Below, piece by piece: positions 1 through 11,335 of a stretch of 64,000 bases of DNA. The stretch spans positions 32,488,001 to 32,552,000 of the forward strand of contig OX597836.1 of the NCBI GenBank assembly GCA_951406725.2, read 5' to 3'. The notes under the pieces are model-generated. The model ran no database searches. It was given only the letters and a program-made list of their open reading frames with translations, and had not been told where the DNA came from. This DNA comes from Octopus vulgaris. Taxonomy: Eukaryota. A program made the position numbers and the translations under genes. Position 1 is the first letter of the stretch. Each line of letters opens with the position of its first letter.

Positions 1-681
1 AACAGGCTTCTTTCAGTTTCCGTTTACCAAATCCATTCACAAGGTGCCACGCAGTGGGACTGAACTCTGGACCATGTGGTTGGGAAGCAAGCGACTTACC
101 ACACAGCCATTCATATATATACATAATATGTATGCATGTAGATATGTATGTCTGTGAATGTGTGTGTCATTGTGTCCATGTTTGTCCCACAATCACTGCT
201 TAACACTGCAGTTTGTTGTACTTGAAAAGACACACCAAGGTAAGGAAAACGTGGTTGCCCTTGCAAACAGGCTCATCCCTTGCATCTCCCTCCAGCTAAG
301 CATCCCTAATCTTGCAGGTTCATAAATGCTGGTTCCACATGAAAGGCTGCCATACCAGTGTTGTGTAAAGCACCCAGTAAACTCTGTAAAGTGGTTGGCA
401 TTTGGAAGGGCATCGAGCTGTGAACAACCCTTCAGCTGATCAGCTTCTGTGAAACCATCAAACCCATGCCATCATGGAAAATGGACATTAAAGGATATGG
501 ATAATGTGTGTGTGTGTGTGTGTGTGTGTGCATATCTCTTAACATCCAGTGTTCATTCATTTATGTCCCCGTAACATAGCAATTTAGTTCATATCCCTGA
601 ACTTGGTGGTTCAGTAAAAGGAGGCCAATAGAATGAGTATAAGGCTTTAAAAAAATAGGTACCAAGGTTGATTTGTTCAAC

Positions 682-753
682 GGGGATATAGCTCAGTGGT
701 AGAGCATTTGACTGCAGATCAAGAGGTCACTGATTCAATCCCGGGTGTCCCCT
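682..753 (+). tRNA. tRNA-Cys(GCA) copy, probably a pseudogene (damaged T-arm)
   Basis: GGGGATA TA GCTC AGTGGTA GAGC A TTTGA CTGCAGA TCAAG AGGTC ACTGA TTCAATC CCGGG TGTCCCC T. Acceptor stem and D arm pair, the anticodon stem has one G-U pair, anticodon is GCA, and it matches the canonical metazoan tRNA-Cys. T-stem ACTGA/CCGGG has two mismatches and the B-box GGTTCRA reads GATTCAA. It interrupts a SINE. Confidence 0.85.
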
Positions 754-1712
754 TTAAAATTTTCATTTTGTTGTGGTGCACCTGAACACTGTATACAATA
801 ATTTCAGTATTAATTTTTGTTATATTTTATTGACTAAAACTCTTCAAAGTGATGTCCCAGCATGGCCACAGCCCATTGACTGAAGTAAGTTAAAGATAAA
901 AGATGCAAGACGTCCATATTTCACCATGTACCATAGCCCACCGCGCACCTTCTCTCCACTCCACATGAAGTTATGTCAAATTCAATAGACTCTGATATAA
1001 GAAAATGATGTGGAAAGAAAGAGAGAGAGAAAGAAAGAAAGAAAGAACACACACATTACACACACCTAAATACAAATACACGTATGTTCTTAACATTTCA
1101 TATCTACATACTACAAACACATATAATCTGTCAAATTCAACAGACTCTTATATAACAAGGAATTGTCATTGAGCGGCACAGACAAAGAGGGAGTACAAGA
1201 CAGAGAGAGGGAGAGAAGGATGGAGAGGATGGAGTGAGAGAGGTGGAGGGGAGAGAATCAATCAATACACTGCATGATAAATAATAAAGATTCTTAAGCG
1301 TAACGATTATTATCTGTCGGTTGTGTGATGAATGGAGAAGACAGAGTATTATGTAAAAGCAACCGGTTACTTGTGTGTGTGTGTGTGTGTACATGTCTTT
1401 GTGTATGTTTATATATATATGTGTGTGTGTGTGTGTCTGTATACATATTTGTATATACACACTATACGTGTATATATATATGTATGCAAATCTATCAATC
1501 TATATCTATACCTGTATATATCTATATCTATATATCTATATAGGTGTGTGTGTATATATACACATACACACAAAAATATATGAATACATGTGTGTGTATA
1601 TGTATACATACATATATATATATATGTATATATATGTGTGTGTATGTACATATATATGTATATATGTGTGTGTGTCTGTGTTTGTACATATATATGTATA
1701 TCTATGTAAAAG

Positions 1713-1743
<31 letters not shown>

Positions 1744-2659
1744 ATCTGTGTGTGTGTGTCTATGTGAATGTATGTATATAAATGTGCATGAGTGTATGTA
1801 TAAATAGGTTCTACATATTTACACATATATTCCTTTCTTCTTGTTGGTTTATGACTCAACATTGACGCGTCTCCACAATCACACAGTTTTAGCATCTGTG
1901 AAATTTTTAATAATGCAAATATCAGTCAAGCACTTAAAACAAATACATATGCGTGCATGAGTGCATGAATGAGCGCATGCATGAATGCACGTGTGTGTAT
2001 ATTTGTATGTGTGTCTGTGTGTGTACATTTGTGTATTTATGTGTGTGTGTATGATATATGTATGCTTGTGAACATGTGTGTGTGCATGTGCATATGTGGT
2101 ATGCATATGTGTGCATTTGTGCATGTGTGTATATTTGTGTGATGTAGGTGTGCACTGCAAGAATGCATGTGTATATGTGCATGCGTTTTTGTATGTGTGC
2201 ATGTGTGTGTATGTCTGAGTGTTTTTGAGTGCATATGTGTTTATATGTAGAACTAAGGAAACAACACTTATCTTTTCCTTCTTCAGTTACTAAAACTGTT
2301 TTCTGAAGATCATTGTCACCAGAAACCTGGACAGCAACATAACACCATGGTATAGACGTAACAAGAACTAATATTGTTAGTCTGCAAAGACAAGCTGTCT
2401 CAGTAAAAAAACCCACTTTATACAGAAATATATATTTAGCTGGTCAAGCCATCAATCCCTCTTCAATGCAGATAAAAAGAAAAAAGAGGCTTCATGACTT
2501 CACACATAAGAAAACTTCAAGTTGTTGCATATTTAACTTTAATACTGATAATTAAGAACATCTTAGCACCTCCTCCTTCACTACCACCACCATTATTAAT
2601 AATATCATTGCTACTTAAGATGTTGCACAGTAGCCAATATCATGATGTTGTTGATTGAA

Positions 2660-2895
2660 GATATTGTGTCTACTGGGAGGGGTTTGTGCTGTCTGTCAAA
2701 TCACAAGGACCTCAGACAGACAGTACTTTACACAATATGTGTGCAGTTCCAAGCAATTCCAAGCAATGCTGATTTTTGCAATATACCTAGATTGTACAGT
2801 ATTTCTAAAGCTTCTAGATGTTTCTTCAGATTGGGTGGTATTGAACCCAATGCTCCAATGACAATAGGGACAACCTCTATGTTTGACTCTCGTAA
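2660..2895 (-). mobile_element. 3' fragment of an RLE-type (R4/NeSL-like) non-LTR retrotransposon
   Basis: Minus-strand translation gives VVPIVIGALGSIPPNLKKHLEALEILYNLGILQKSALLG..., the typical C-terminus of the restriction-like endonuclease domain; degraded. Confidence 0.65.
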
Positions 2896-2902
2896 CTTTC
2901 AT

Positions 2903-3308
2903 CAACGTCGCCTCGACTGGCTTCTGTGCCGATGGCACATAAAAAGCACCATCCAAACGTGGCCGATGCCAGCGCCGCCCCGACTGGCTTCTGTGCCGGT
3001 GGCACATAAAAAGCACCATCCGAACGTGGCCGCTGCCAGCGCCGCCTTGGCTGGCTTCCGTGCCGCTGGCACGTTAAAAGCTCCAACCGATCGTGGCCGA
3101 TGCCGGACCCCCCCAGGCACCTGTGCAGGTGGCACCTAAAAAGCACCCACTACACTCGCGGCGTGGTTGGCGTTAGGAAGGGCATCCAGCCGTAGAAACT
3201 CTGCCAGATCAGACTGGAGCCTGCAGCAGCCCCTGGCTTCCCAGACCCCGGACGAACCGTCCAACCCGTGCTAGTGCGGAAAACGGACGTTAAATGATGA
3301 TGATGATG
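2903..3308 (+). mobile_element. Young SINE with internal ~58-bp tandem repeats and (GAT)n tail
   Basis: GC-rich, CpG-retaining. About 4 units of GACTGGCTTCTGTGCCGGTGGCACATAAAAAGCACC..., then GGTTGGCGTTAGGAAGGGCATCCAGC...CCAACCCGTGCTAG...GGACGTTAAATGATGATG. The family recurs many times (e.g. 53110-53480, 57545-57745, 62300-62560 minus). Confidence 0.75.
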
Positions 3309-3579
3309 TAATCTAAATTCTCAGGTCTTCATTTTATCAATCTTTTCTCTTTCATTCATGGTAATATGTTGATCTCTTGGCAATGTCACATCGATTATTA
3401 GGCACTCTTTTTTGTCCCCTCTAAAGGCTACTGTGTCTGGCCTTCAGTGCTTTAACACCTTGTCTGTTTGGAAGTCAAACCCACAGAGAATTTTTGCCTT
3501 CCCCTTTTCGTCCATTACCTTTTACAGTGTATGTTGGTACCAAGCACCCTTTACCTTATATCCATTTTTTTATCTATTT

Positions 3580-3886
3580 ATGCGCCTTTTTCAAGCCTAG
3601 CCAGGCTCATGGGCCCAGTTTCCCGGTTTCTATGGCGTATGTGTTCCCCCCACCCCAGTTGGACAGGATGCCAATCCATCGCAGTATTATTCAAGAAACA
3701 AGAAGAAAGAGTGAGAGAAAGTTGGGGCAAAAGAGTACAACAGGGGTCACCACCACCCCCTGCCGGAGCCTCGTGGAGCTTTAGGTGTTTTCGCTCAATA
3801 AACACACACAACACCCGGTCTGGGAATCAAAACCGCGATCCTCTGACCTTGAGTTCGCTGCCCTAACCACTGGGCCATTGCACCTC
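3580..3886 (-). mobile_element. tRNA-derived SINE
   Basis: Minus strand begins GGAGGTGCAATGGCCCAGTGGTTAGGGCAGCG...GGTTTTGATTCCCAGACC (A/B-box-like). Related copies at 27445-27725 (-), 42135-42420 (+), 35205-35515 (+), 48415-48745 (+). Confidence 0.7.
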
Positions 3887-3889
3887 CCC

Positions 3890-4230
3890 TTATATCCATA
3901 CTGCCAGCATAATAGCCACTGAAGGTTTTGGGCCACCTTGTCATGTCTATGCTTGTACTCTTACTGCACACAAGACTTTCACAAGCACTAACAATGTGAA
4001 TCATGCTTTTGACCCTCTTCCCACACATTCTGCACTGGTTTGTTGTACTTGTGTGGTATATATCCCTTTTCACTGAGTTGCTATTCAATGCCAGATCCTG
4101 AGCAGAATGATTAGTCTTTCAGTCTTCTTTTCTAAGTCACCCTTGCTGAGCCACCCCCATGATGTTTCCTGGTCTTTTAAGTTGTTAGTTTCATGGTGGA
4201 ACTGATCATGTAATTCCATGCAGAGTAGAG
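3890..4230 (-). mobile_element. Non-LTR retrotransposon fragment (zinc-knuckle region after RT, RLE type)
   Basis: ORF track shows CRMCGKRVKSMIHIVSACESL (CCHC motif) and SWGWLSKGDLEKKTE; frameshifted. Confidence 0.7.
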
Positions 4231-4332
4231 TTGTTATTATTATTATTACCATTATCATTATCATCATCATCATCATCATCATCATTATCATTATTATTAA
4301 GGCAGCAAGCTGGCAGACTCATTAAAATGTCA

Positions 4333-4568
4333 AGGCGGCGAGCTGGCAGAAACGTTAGCACGCCGGGCGAAATGCTTAGCAGTATTTCGTCTGCCGCTAC
4401 GTTCTGAGTTCAAATTCCGCCGAGGTCGACTTTGCCTTTCATCCTTTCGGGGTCGATAAATTAAGTACCAGTTATGCACTGGGGTCGATGTAATCGACTT
4501 AATCCGTTTGTCTGTCCTAGTTTGTCCCCTCTGTGTGTAGCCCCTTGTGGGCAGTAAAGAAATAAGAA
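4333..4568 (+). mobile_element. Full-length young SINE nested in an older copy of the same family, ~14-bp TSD
   Basis: AGGCGGCGAGCTGGCAGAAACGTTAGC...TTCTGAGTTCAAATTCC...GCCTTTCATCCTTTCGGGGTCGATAAATTAAGTACCAG...AAAGAAATAAG, flanked by TCATTAAAATG(T/C)CA at 4319 and 4569. Other copies at 12135-12365 (-), 47506-47874 (dimer), 55860-56090. Confidence 0.8.
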
Positions 4569-4954
4569 TCATTAAAATGCCAGCCAAAATGCTTAACAGC
4601 ATTTTGTCCATTGCTATGTTTTGAGTTCAAATTCCACCAAGGTCATCTTCGCCTTTCATCCTTTCAGGGTCAATAAATTAAGCACCAGTTGTGTACTGGG
4701 GTCAATGTAACCAACTATTCCTCTCCCACAAAATTTCATGTCTTGTCCCTTTAGTAAAAAGGATTATTATTATTATCATTGTCTCTTTTGAGGTTTACAG
4801 ATTGTGGAGTTATGACCAAACTATGGGTTTGGGGTCGCTCGACTGATTTGTATTCTTCTCAATATGCTGGATGTTCCCAGTGGACTACTGTCATAATCAT
4901 TACTGTTGTCATTGTCATTTATATTTATTATTTTTTCTTCTTTTATGAATACAG

Positions 4955-5043
4955 GGCTGCAAAGTTTAGTTCATTGGTCAAGAATGTGATGAAACAAAAG
5001 CCAGAAGACAGTAACAAGCAAATACTGGGTGACGCTGAAGCAG
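4955..5043 (+). CDS. Otoferlin-like ferlin, exon A (linker upstream of C2B)
   Basis: Pyrimidine tract + TACAG acceptor, G|GTAAGA donor. 89 nt, open frame AAKFSSLVKNVMKQKPEDSNKQILGDAEA. Its phase-1 end joins exon B in frame. Assigned by splice signals and phase only. Confidence 0.65.
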
Positions 5044-6477
5044 GTAAGAAAAATATGGTATATGGCTAAATGGTTAAGAAGCTAGCCTTGCAATCATGAG
5101 ATCAAATGTGTGAGCCCCGGTCGGGTTTTATGGACACCTTCCCTCCTAGTTTCAAATTAAGCCAAGTGTTGTCAGTAGAAGTAAAACCCAACATAATAAC
5201 ACCATAATGGTACCGTATTTGATGGTATACAACAAGTGTAATAGATTCAGAACTGAATTGACAAATTGCCAAGTAAAAGTCACGGATTAATAACAGCCAT
5301 TTCGCATGATTGGCCAATTAACTGACCAGTCAGCATCAAGTCATCATGTGATGCAGCCTTCTTGTACATCTCTTAACAAGGGTTATAAATAGATGAGTTT
5401 TAAATGCTGATCTTGGTAGGGTGTCAAAGTTAGCCTGGCAAGATGTGCCACCAGTCTTGCCAGGCATATTTGCACAGAGACTGCGTATCCTTTGTTGTAT
5501 TATTCATTCAAGACCAACATGGAAAATATTTTGCGTAGGGAATGAAGTTTCTGTAAAATTGTTAACAAGTGTTGTGCATCATTTCTAGCAAACCAGGACA
5601 GAACCTGACTCAACCATCAGCATCTTCCATATCGTTCATTCGATGACCTGTGTGATAATTTGTAACCACCTCATGATGGGCTACTTGACCTGAAGTTGAC
5701 CTAGGCAGAATTTGAACTCTGATCATAAAGCGTTGGAAGAAATATCCCTATGTGTTTTGTCCGATGCACTAATTATTCTGCCAGCTCTTAACAATTATTT
5801 TCTTTTATTGGCCACAAGGGCCTAAGACGTTGAAAACAATACACAGACAAAATAAAAATACACGATAATAAAAGTGAGATTTATATCAAGGATATAACAA
5901 TTAGAGCTCTACTGATTTTGTCATCCAATGTGTGAAATAGCAGCTATAGAATTCCTCAATGTGAGTATGAGACTTCATGGCACAACTGCTTTCCTGCTGC
6001 CTATTTAGCATTGATGATTCGATGCTGACCTACTTGACATCAGACATTTTAACGTTTCACTGATTCTCTTACTACCTCTCTCTTGAATTTGCTCTGTTTA
6101 TGTGTTTGAGCATCATATGTACGGTGAGGGTGAGGTTAGTGGTTAGGGTAAATTCATGAGTTCAATTCCTGGCAGCACTTTGTGTTCTTGGGCAAGACAT
6201 TTTATTTCATGTTGCTCCAGTCCACTGAGCAGGCTAAAATGAGCTGTACCTGTAATTCAAACACCAGCCTTATCACCTTTTGTGTCACCTCAATGTGTAT
6301 CTCAAGACCTCAGCCAGATTTGAACTCAGAACACCATGAACAAAACCACAAGATATTCTAGTTGAAGGTATAATGACTTTTCAATTTACCAATTCACCTC
6401 TTTTTCTTTTTGTTTGTTTGTTTGTTCTTAATTGTCTTTTATTAATTCTTTGATATTTTCTTTTGTGTCGTTTCCAG

Positions 6478-6619
6478 AAGTCCTGTCTGTTGAAGGCAAA
6501 AGTGCTAAAATTGCATCTTCAATATTATCAGCATTTGGCACGGATTCAACTTGCACAGAGGATGATCAACGCAGTGAAAGCACTGGATCAGCTATTATGA
6601 CACCTACTAAAATGCACCG
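6478..6619 (+). CDS. Otoferlin-like ferlin, exon B (linker)
   Basis: TTTCCAG acceptor after a long T-rich tract, CG|GTAGGT donor. 142 nt, EVLSVEGKSAKIASSILSAFGTDSTCTEDDQRSESTGSAIMTPTKMHR. Phases (1 in, 2 out) fit exons A and C. Confidence 0.75.
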
Positions 6620-6661
6620 GTAGGTACACAATCATAATAATAATAATAATAAAAATAATAA

Positions 6662-6938
6662 TTCTTCTTCTTCTTCTTCTTCTTCTTCTTCTTCTTCTTC
6701 TTCTTCTTCTTCTTCTTCTTCTTCTTTCTTCTTCTTCTTCTTCTTCTTCTTCTTCTTCTTCTTCTTCTTCTTCTTCTTCTTCTTCTTCTTCTTCTTCTTC
6801 TTCTAATCATCATCATCTTCTTCTTCTTCTTCTTCTTCTTCTTCTTCTTCTTCTTCTTCTTCTTCTTCTTCTTCTTCTTCTTCTTCTTCTTCTTCTTCTT
6901 TTTTTCTCCTTCTCCTCCTCCTTCTTCTTCTTCTTCTT
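6662..6938. repeat. Long (TTC)n microsatellite
   Basis: About 275 bp of near-pure TTC with a short ATC interruption, starting about 40 nt after the exon B donor. Confidence 0.95.
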
Positions 6939-7795
6939 GTCAGGCTATAGTAGATGTTTGCCCAAGGTGTCACACAATGGGGCTGTACCCGGAACCATGG
7001 CTGTGTGGTAGGGAAGCAAGCTTCCTATCACACAGCTATGCCTGTGCCTATGCTAAATTTTTTTCCCAAATATCAAAGAGTGAGAGGACCCTCAAATGTT
7101 GTGTTGTGCAGTACTGTAGTGCTGGTACCATGATAAAATGCACTCAGTATACTCTGTAATGTGCTTGGTAGAAGGAAGAGCATCCAGCTGTAGAGAACAA
7201 GCCAATATGAAACACATGAACAAAATGTTTTACTCTGATCCATCTTAGAGAGGATGTACATCTGAATGAGAATTATCTCAGACCATGGTGGCCTGTCCAA
7301 CCCATGCCAGCATGGAAAGTGGATGTGAAATGATGATGATCAAAGAACTTAAGATATTGGTAAGCTAAAGGCTGAAGAGTGTTTGAAAGACAATACTGTC
7401 TGACCATTTAACCCTTTAGCATTTAGATTACTCTATCAAATGTAGAAAAAATGAGTGAATATATAGTGCATATGTGTATTTGTCAAACCAAAAAAGACCA
7501 TCCCCAAGCATTACAGTACCTGTTTCAACACACAGTTTCACATCAGGAATCTTGCAAGACAAATTCATAAACGTAAGTTTTGACAATATATTCTAAATAC
7601 ACACCTGATTACAAAATACTACATAAATTCTAAACAGCAAAACCCCAAATGTAATTGATAAAAAATCTCCATAACACCTTGCTGTCACAGCTTTACTATA
7701 CAATGCAATTATCATTCAACAGAACATGTCTTACCATAGAAAATTTTAACTACTTAACAGAGACCTATGCAAAGCCAAGAGAAACTCCTATGTAC

Positions 7796-7840
7796 CAGAA
7801 TCTAGTGATGGCTTAGCTGGCCGAAACTTCGAAGTCACTG
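7796..7840 (+). ncRNA. Degenerate type-I hammerhead-like motif (Penelope-like terminus)
   Basis: CTAGTGA T GGCT TAGCT GGCC GAAAC TTCGAA GTC ACTG: stem II, GAAA, palindromic stem III ACTTCGAAGT, GUC triplet. The core CTGATGA is altered to CTAGTGA. Second truncated copy at 26404-26440. Confidence 0.5.
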
Positions 7841-8943
7841 TCAATATTATTCTCATTAAAGATGTGTGTGTGTGTGTGTGTGTATTGTCATTACCTTTTA
7901 ATACCCATATCTCTGATAGCAGATGCTGGTGGACCAATGAATGTAACCCCTTCACTTTCACATTGCTCAGCAAATTCAGCATTTTCAGACAGGAACCCAT
8001 AACTAGGTTATATGGCCTAGAAGAAAATGAAGACAATGAGATGAAGTGCTAAATGAACATTTCCAATTCAAGAGGTGTATGACAGTGATGTATTTAAAAT
8101 AGAAGATTCTACCAGTCTTGGTTGACTATAAATCTGCATCTGCATTTACATGCTGGGACAAGGGCCTTGTTTTGGTAAGGGAGATGTGGTGATTTGTTGT
8201 ACTTGATAAGATGAATCAAGTTAAGTAAAATTACTGTCTTCCACACATACAGGCTTATCCCTTCAGGTGCTGTGTAAACACAACCATGCTGGAGCTGCAT
8301 AAATGCACCTGTGCCCATGCTACAAATACACACCATTGCTAGTACCACTCTGCCAAGGGGTTGGCATTAGGAAGGGTATCCAGCCATAGAAACCATGCCA
8401 CAACTGGAGATTGGACGTCCTGGAAAATTTCATGGATTTCCTGGAAATATCCGAGGATGGGACTTCCCAGAAAATTCCGAATATAGCATCCTTTTCACAT
8501 ATGGATACTATATTTTGCAGTCCTGTGAAGGCATGGCTTAGTGGTTAGAGTATTCAGCTCATGATCATAATATCGTGAGTTCAATTCCCGGCGATGTGTT
8601 GTGTCCTTCAGGAAGACACTTTATTTCACGTCGCTCCTGTTCACTCACCTGGCAAAAATAAGTGGCTGCTTTATTTCAAAAGGCTGGCCTTGTCACACTC
8701 TGTGTCACGCTGAGAACTATGTTAAGGCTTCACATATCTGTGGAGCGCTCAGCCACTTTCACAGGCAGGCTGTTCCATTGATCAGATCAACTGGAACCCT
8801 CATTGTCATAACCAACAGAATGCCAGATTCTTCAGTCGTATGAAATGTTTAGCTGTACAACAACATAGATTTGTTTTGTGGTTTCTATTGCTTATTTTGA
8901 TCAACGTAATTAACACTTCTTTGTTCTTGTGCTTTTATTTCAG

Positions 8944-8998
8944 ACCGAAAGTAGATCATCATATGGAACATGCGTCTTTACGAGCACAAGACTTTCAA
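8944..8998 (+). CDS. OTOF: Otoferlin-like ferlin, exon C (start of C2B)
   Basis: TTTCAG acceptor, CAA|GTAAGT donor. 55 nt, RPKVDHHMEHASLRAQDFQ. QDFQ is the ferlin C2B entry motif. Confidence 0.88.
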
Positions 8999-9442
8999 GT
9001 AAGTGTGTGTTTTAACATCTAAAAAATTGAGCATAAATTACTTGGTGGATGATTGACTAAATTGTTCGAGTGACAGACAACTGGATTTCAGTTCTTTGCA
9101 TTCTGAGTTCAAATCCTGTCAGAGTCAACCTAGCTTTGTAACCTTTCAAGGTCAATAAAGTACCAGTAAAATATTAGGATCAGATAAGCAACTGATTGCA
9201 AAATAGGGCTTTATGCTTCATTGGTTAGATCGATGATGATGTATGGAAGAGTTCCGATGCAACAATGAAATCATGTCTAGATATTCTCTGCATTATATTC
9301 TGAGAACAAAACACAAAATATCTGCTGATATTTTTGGCACAGTGCTACTGCTCTACATAATCATCTTAGGCCATTTCTGTCTTACACTCTGTGTGTTTGT
9401 GTGCAGATTGTTACATAGATGGGTAGATAGTTATTACATATG

Positions 9443-9870
9443 TAGGCATAGGAGCGGCTGTGGGGTAAGTAGCTTGCTTACCAACCACATGGTTCCGGAT
9501 TCAGTCTCACTGTGTGGCACCTTGGGCAAGTGTTTTCTACTATAGCCTCGGGCCGACCAAAGCCTTGTGAGTGGATTTGGTAGACGGAAACTGAAAGAAG
9601 CCTGTCGTATATATGTATATATATATATATGTATGTGTGTGTGTATACATTTGTGTGTCTGTGTTTGTCCCCCCTCCCCAACATCGCTTGACAACCGATG
9701 CTGGTGTGTTTACGTCCCCATGACTTAGCAGTTTAGCAAAAGAGACCGATAGAATAAGTACTAGGCTTACAAAGAATAAGTTCTGGGGTTGATTTGCTCG
9801 ACTAAAGGTGGTGCTCCAGCATGGCCACAGTCAAATGACTGAAACAAGTAAAAGAATAAAGGAGTAAAAG
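9443..9870 (+). mobile_element. Full-length bipartite SINE with internal (TA/TG)n microsatellite; most abundant family in the window
   Basis: tRNA-like head GGCTGTGGGGTAAGTAGCTTGC...GGTTCCGGATTCAG, ACCTTGGGCAAGT core-like motif, central microsatellite, 3' part ending GAAACAAGTAAAAGAATAAA. Many copies, e.g. 19375-19805 (-), 25785-26158, 27756-28148 (-), 49455-49850 (-), 56090-56555. Confidence 0.8.
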
Positions 9871-10174
9871 AATATGTATGTATACACACATATACAAAAT
9901 AGTATAGGAAACTTTGTTGCAACTAGCATTAACTGGCTTAAGGATGCAAGGTCAAGGAGAAAAGTGGCTGCAAATATACCACTTGCAGTGAGCTGTAATC
10001 CTCATATTTGCAGCATCTGTGGGCTTCTTTGCTAATTGTTGGTGGGACTTAAATGTCACATTCAACATAAGCATTGTGACAAAGAAAGAATAGGTTGTCA
10101 TCTGATCTTCATACAGCGAAACCGATGAGAGAGTCCATATATGTATATATATTTGAAAGTCTATGTATATATAC

Positions 10175-10222
<48 letters not shown>

Positions 10223-10262
10223 GTATAGATCTAAATATGTACATATACGTATGTATATATGC

Positions 10263-10296
<34 letters not shown>

Positions 10297-10361
10297 ATAT
10301 ATTTCGTTTTTGTATTTGGTTTGCCAGATTCTTTATGTGAATTCCTGTGTTGAAGCATATT

Positions 10362-10496
10362 TTATTGTGCCTGGGAAGAATCATTCTCTTTTAGTGCCTT
10401 AATTATTTTAAATAAGTAAACGAGCGGAAATTGGACCGGTGAGTATGTTAAATTAATAAGGCACTAAAAGAGAATGACTATCTCTAGACACAATAA
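10362..10496. repeat. Imperfect inverted repeat (~50-bp arms) between (TA)n tracts
   Basis: Perfect 21-bp core TCATTCTCTTTTAGTGCCTTA (10381-10401) versus TAAGGCACTAAAAGAGAATGA (10457-10477), extendable with mismatches. Confidence 0.85.
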
Positions 10497-10502
10497 TATA
10501 TA

Positions 10503-10546
<44 letters not shown>

Positions 10547-11006
10547 CTATATTACTATATATATATATATATATAGTGATATAGGTGTAAAAAGGTTGAA
10601 TGTAGATTCGTCCTTTAATTTGGAGGTTTCCAATAAAGATTTCTAATGTGGATTCATAATATTTTGCTGGTAAATTTGCGAATGTGAAAATAATATTTGA
10701 ATATGATGTGTGATGAATTTATGGAAAGAAATCCCATAAAACTCAACAATTTAGTTAAAAATGGAGAAGACAAGTTCTAAAAATTCTCTTACATATTAAA
10801 ATTCTAGATGTGTTGCGTTCAAACACAGGAGCTTACATGGAAGTGTTATGATGTTTCTAATAAAACGTTATTTGTTTGCCTATATTTTTCCAATAAACTT
10901 TGCTGAGTTATCCTTATTTACCATTTTTTCTTCTTTTTCTGAATTTTTCATATTGTGTAGGTAATTTATGGCCACCCTATATATATATACACGTATATGT
11001 ATGTAC

Positions 11007-11335
11007 CAGGACTGTGGAGTCGAAATAAAAAACTTTGACTCTGGCTCTGACTCCTCTACTATTGGCACCTCCGACTCTGACTCCTCTACTATTGGCACCT
11101 CCGACTCTGACTCCTCTTTATGTAATTAAGTGATTGGGGTCTACATATCTCATAAAGCATATGCATACGCTTGTCCTATGAGTAGGCCTATATATTATAA
11201 CTGACTTATATTGAAGAATAAAGACATTGTGAGTCGGAGTCAGTATAGTTTTACCAACTCCAACTCTGACTACCCCTTAATTGTTTCTGACTCCAACACT
11301 GACTCCATGACTATGAATCTGACTTCACTGTCCTG
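11007..11335. mobile_element. hAT-superfamily MITE
   Basis: TIRs CAGGACTGTGGAGTC / GACTTCACTGTCCTG. 8-bp TSD GTATGTAC / GTATATAC (7/8). Internal GACTCY repeats and a 30-bp tandem duplication. Confidence 0.8.

Noticed and set aside
1137-2416. Many overlapping ORFs rich in Y/I/C/V/H/T (also at 10095, 20626, 26522, 30634, 36402, 43104, 50229, 53545)
   Set aside because: Translations of (TA)n/(TG)n/(CATA)n microsatellites; no splice signals or domains.
2287-2440. Possible additional upstream exon after TTTTCCTTCTTCAG
   Set aside because: Stops in two frames. The open frame would end in phase 0 (ATG|GTATAG), incompatible with exon A's phase-2 start, and has no ferlin similarity.
9985-10135. GCTGTA...TACAGC GAAACCG possible long-stem-II hammerhead
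   Set aside because: CTGANGA core, stem I and cleavage triplet are not recoverable.
11040-11118. Regularly spaced 30-bp repeats (CRISPR-like at first glance)
   Set aside because: Contiguous tandem duplication inside a hAT MITE; no unique spacers; eukaryotic context.
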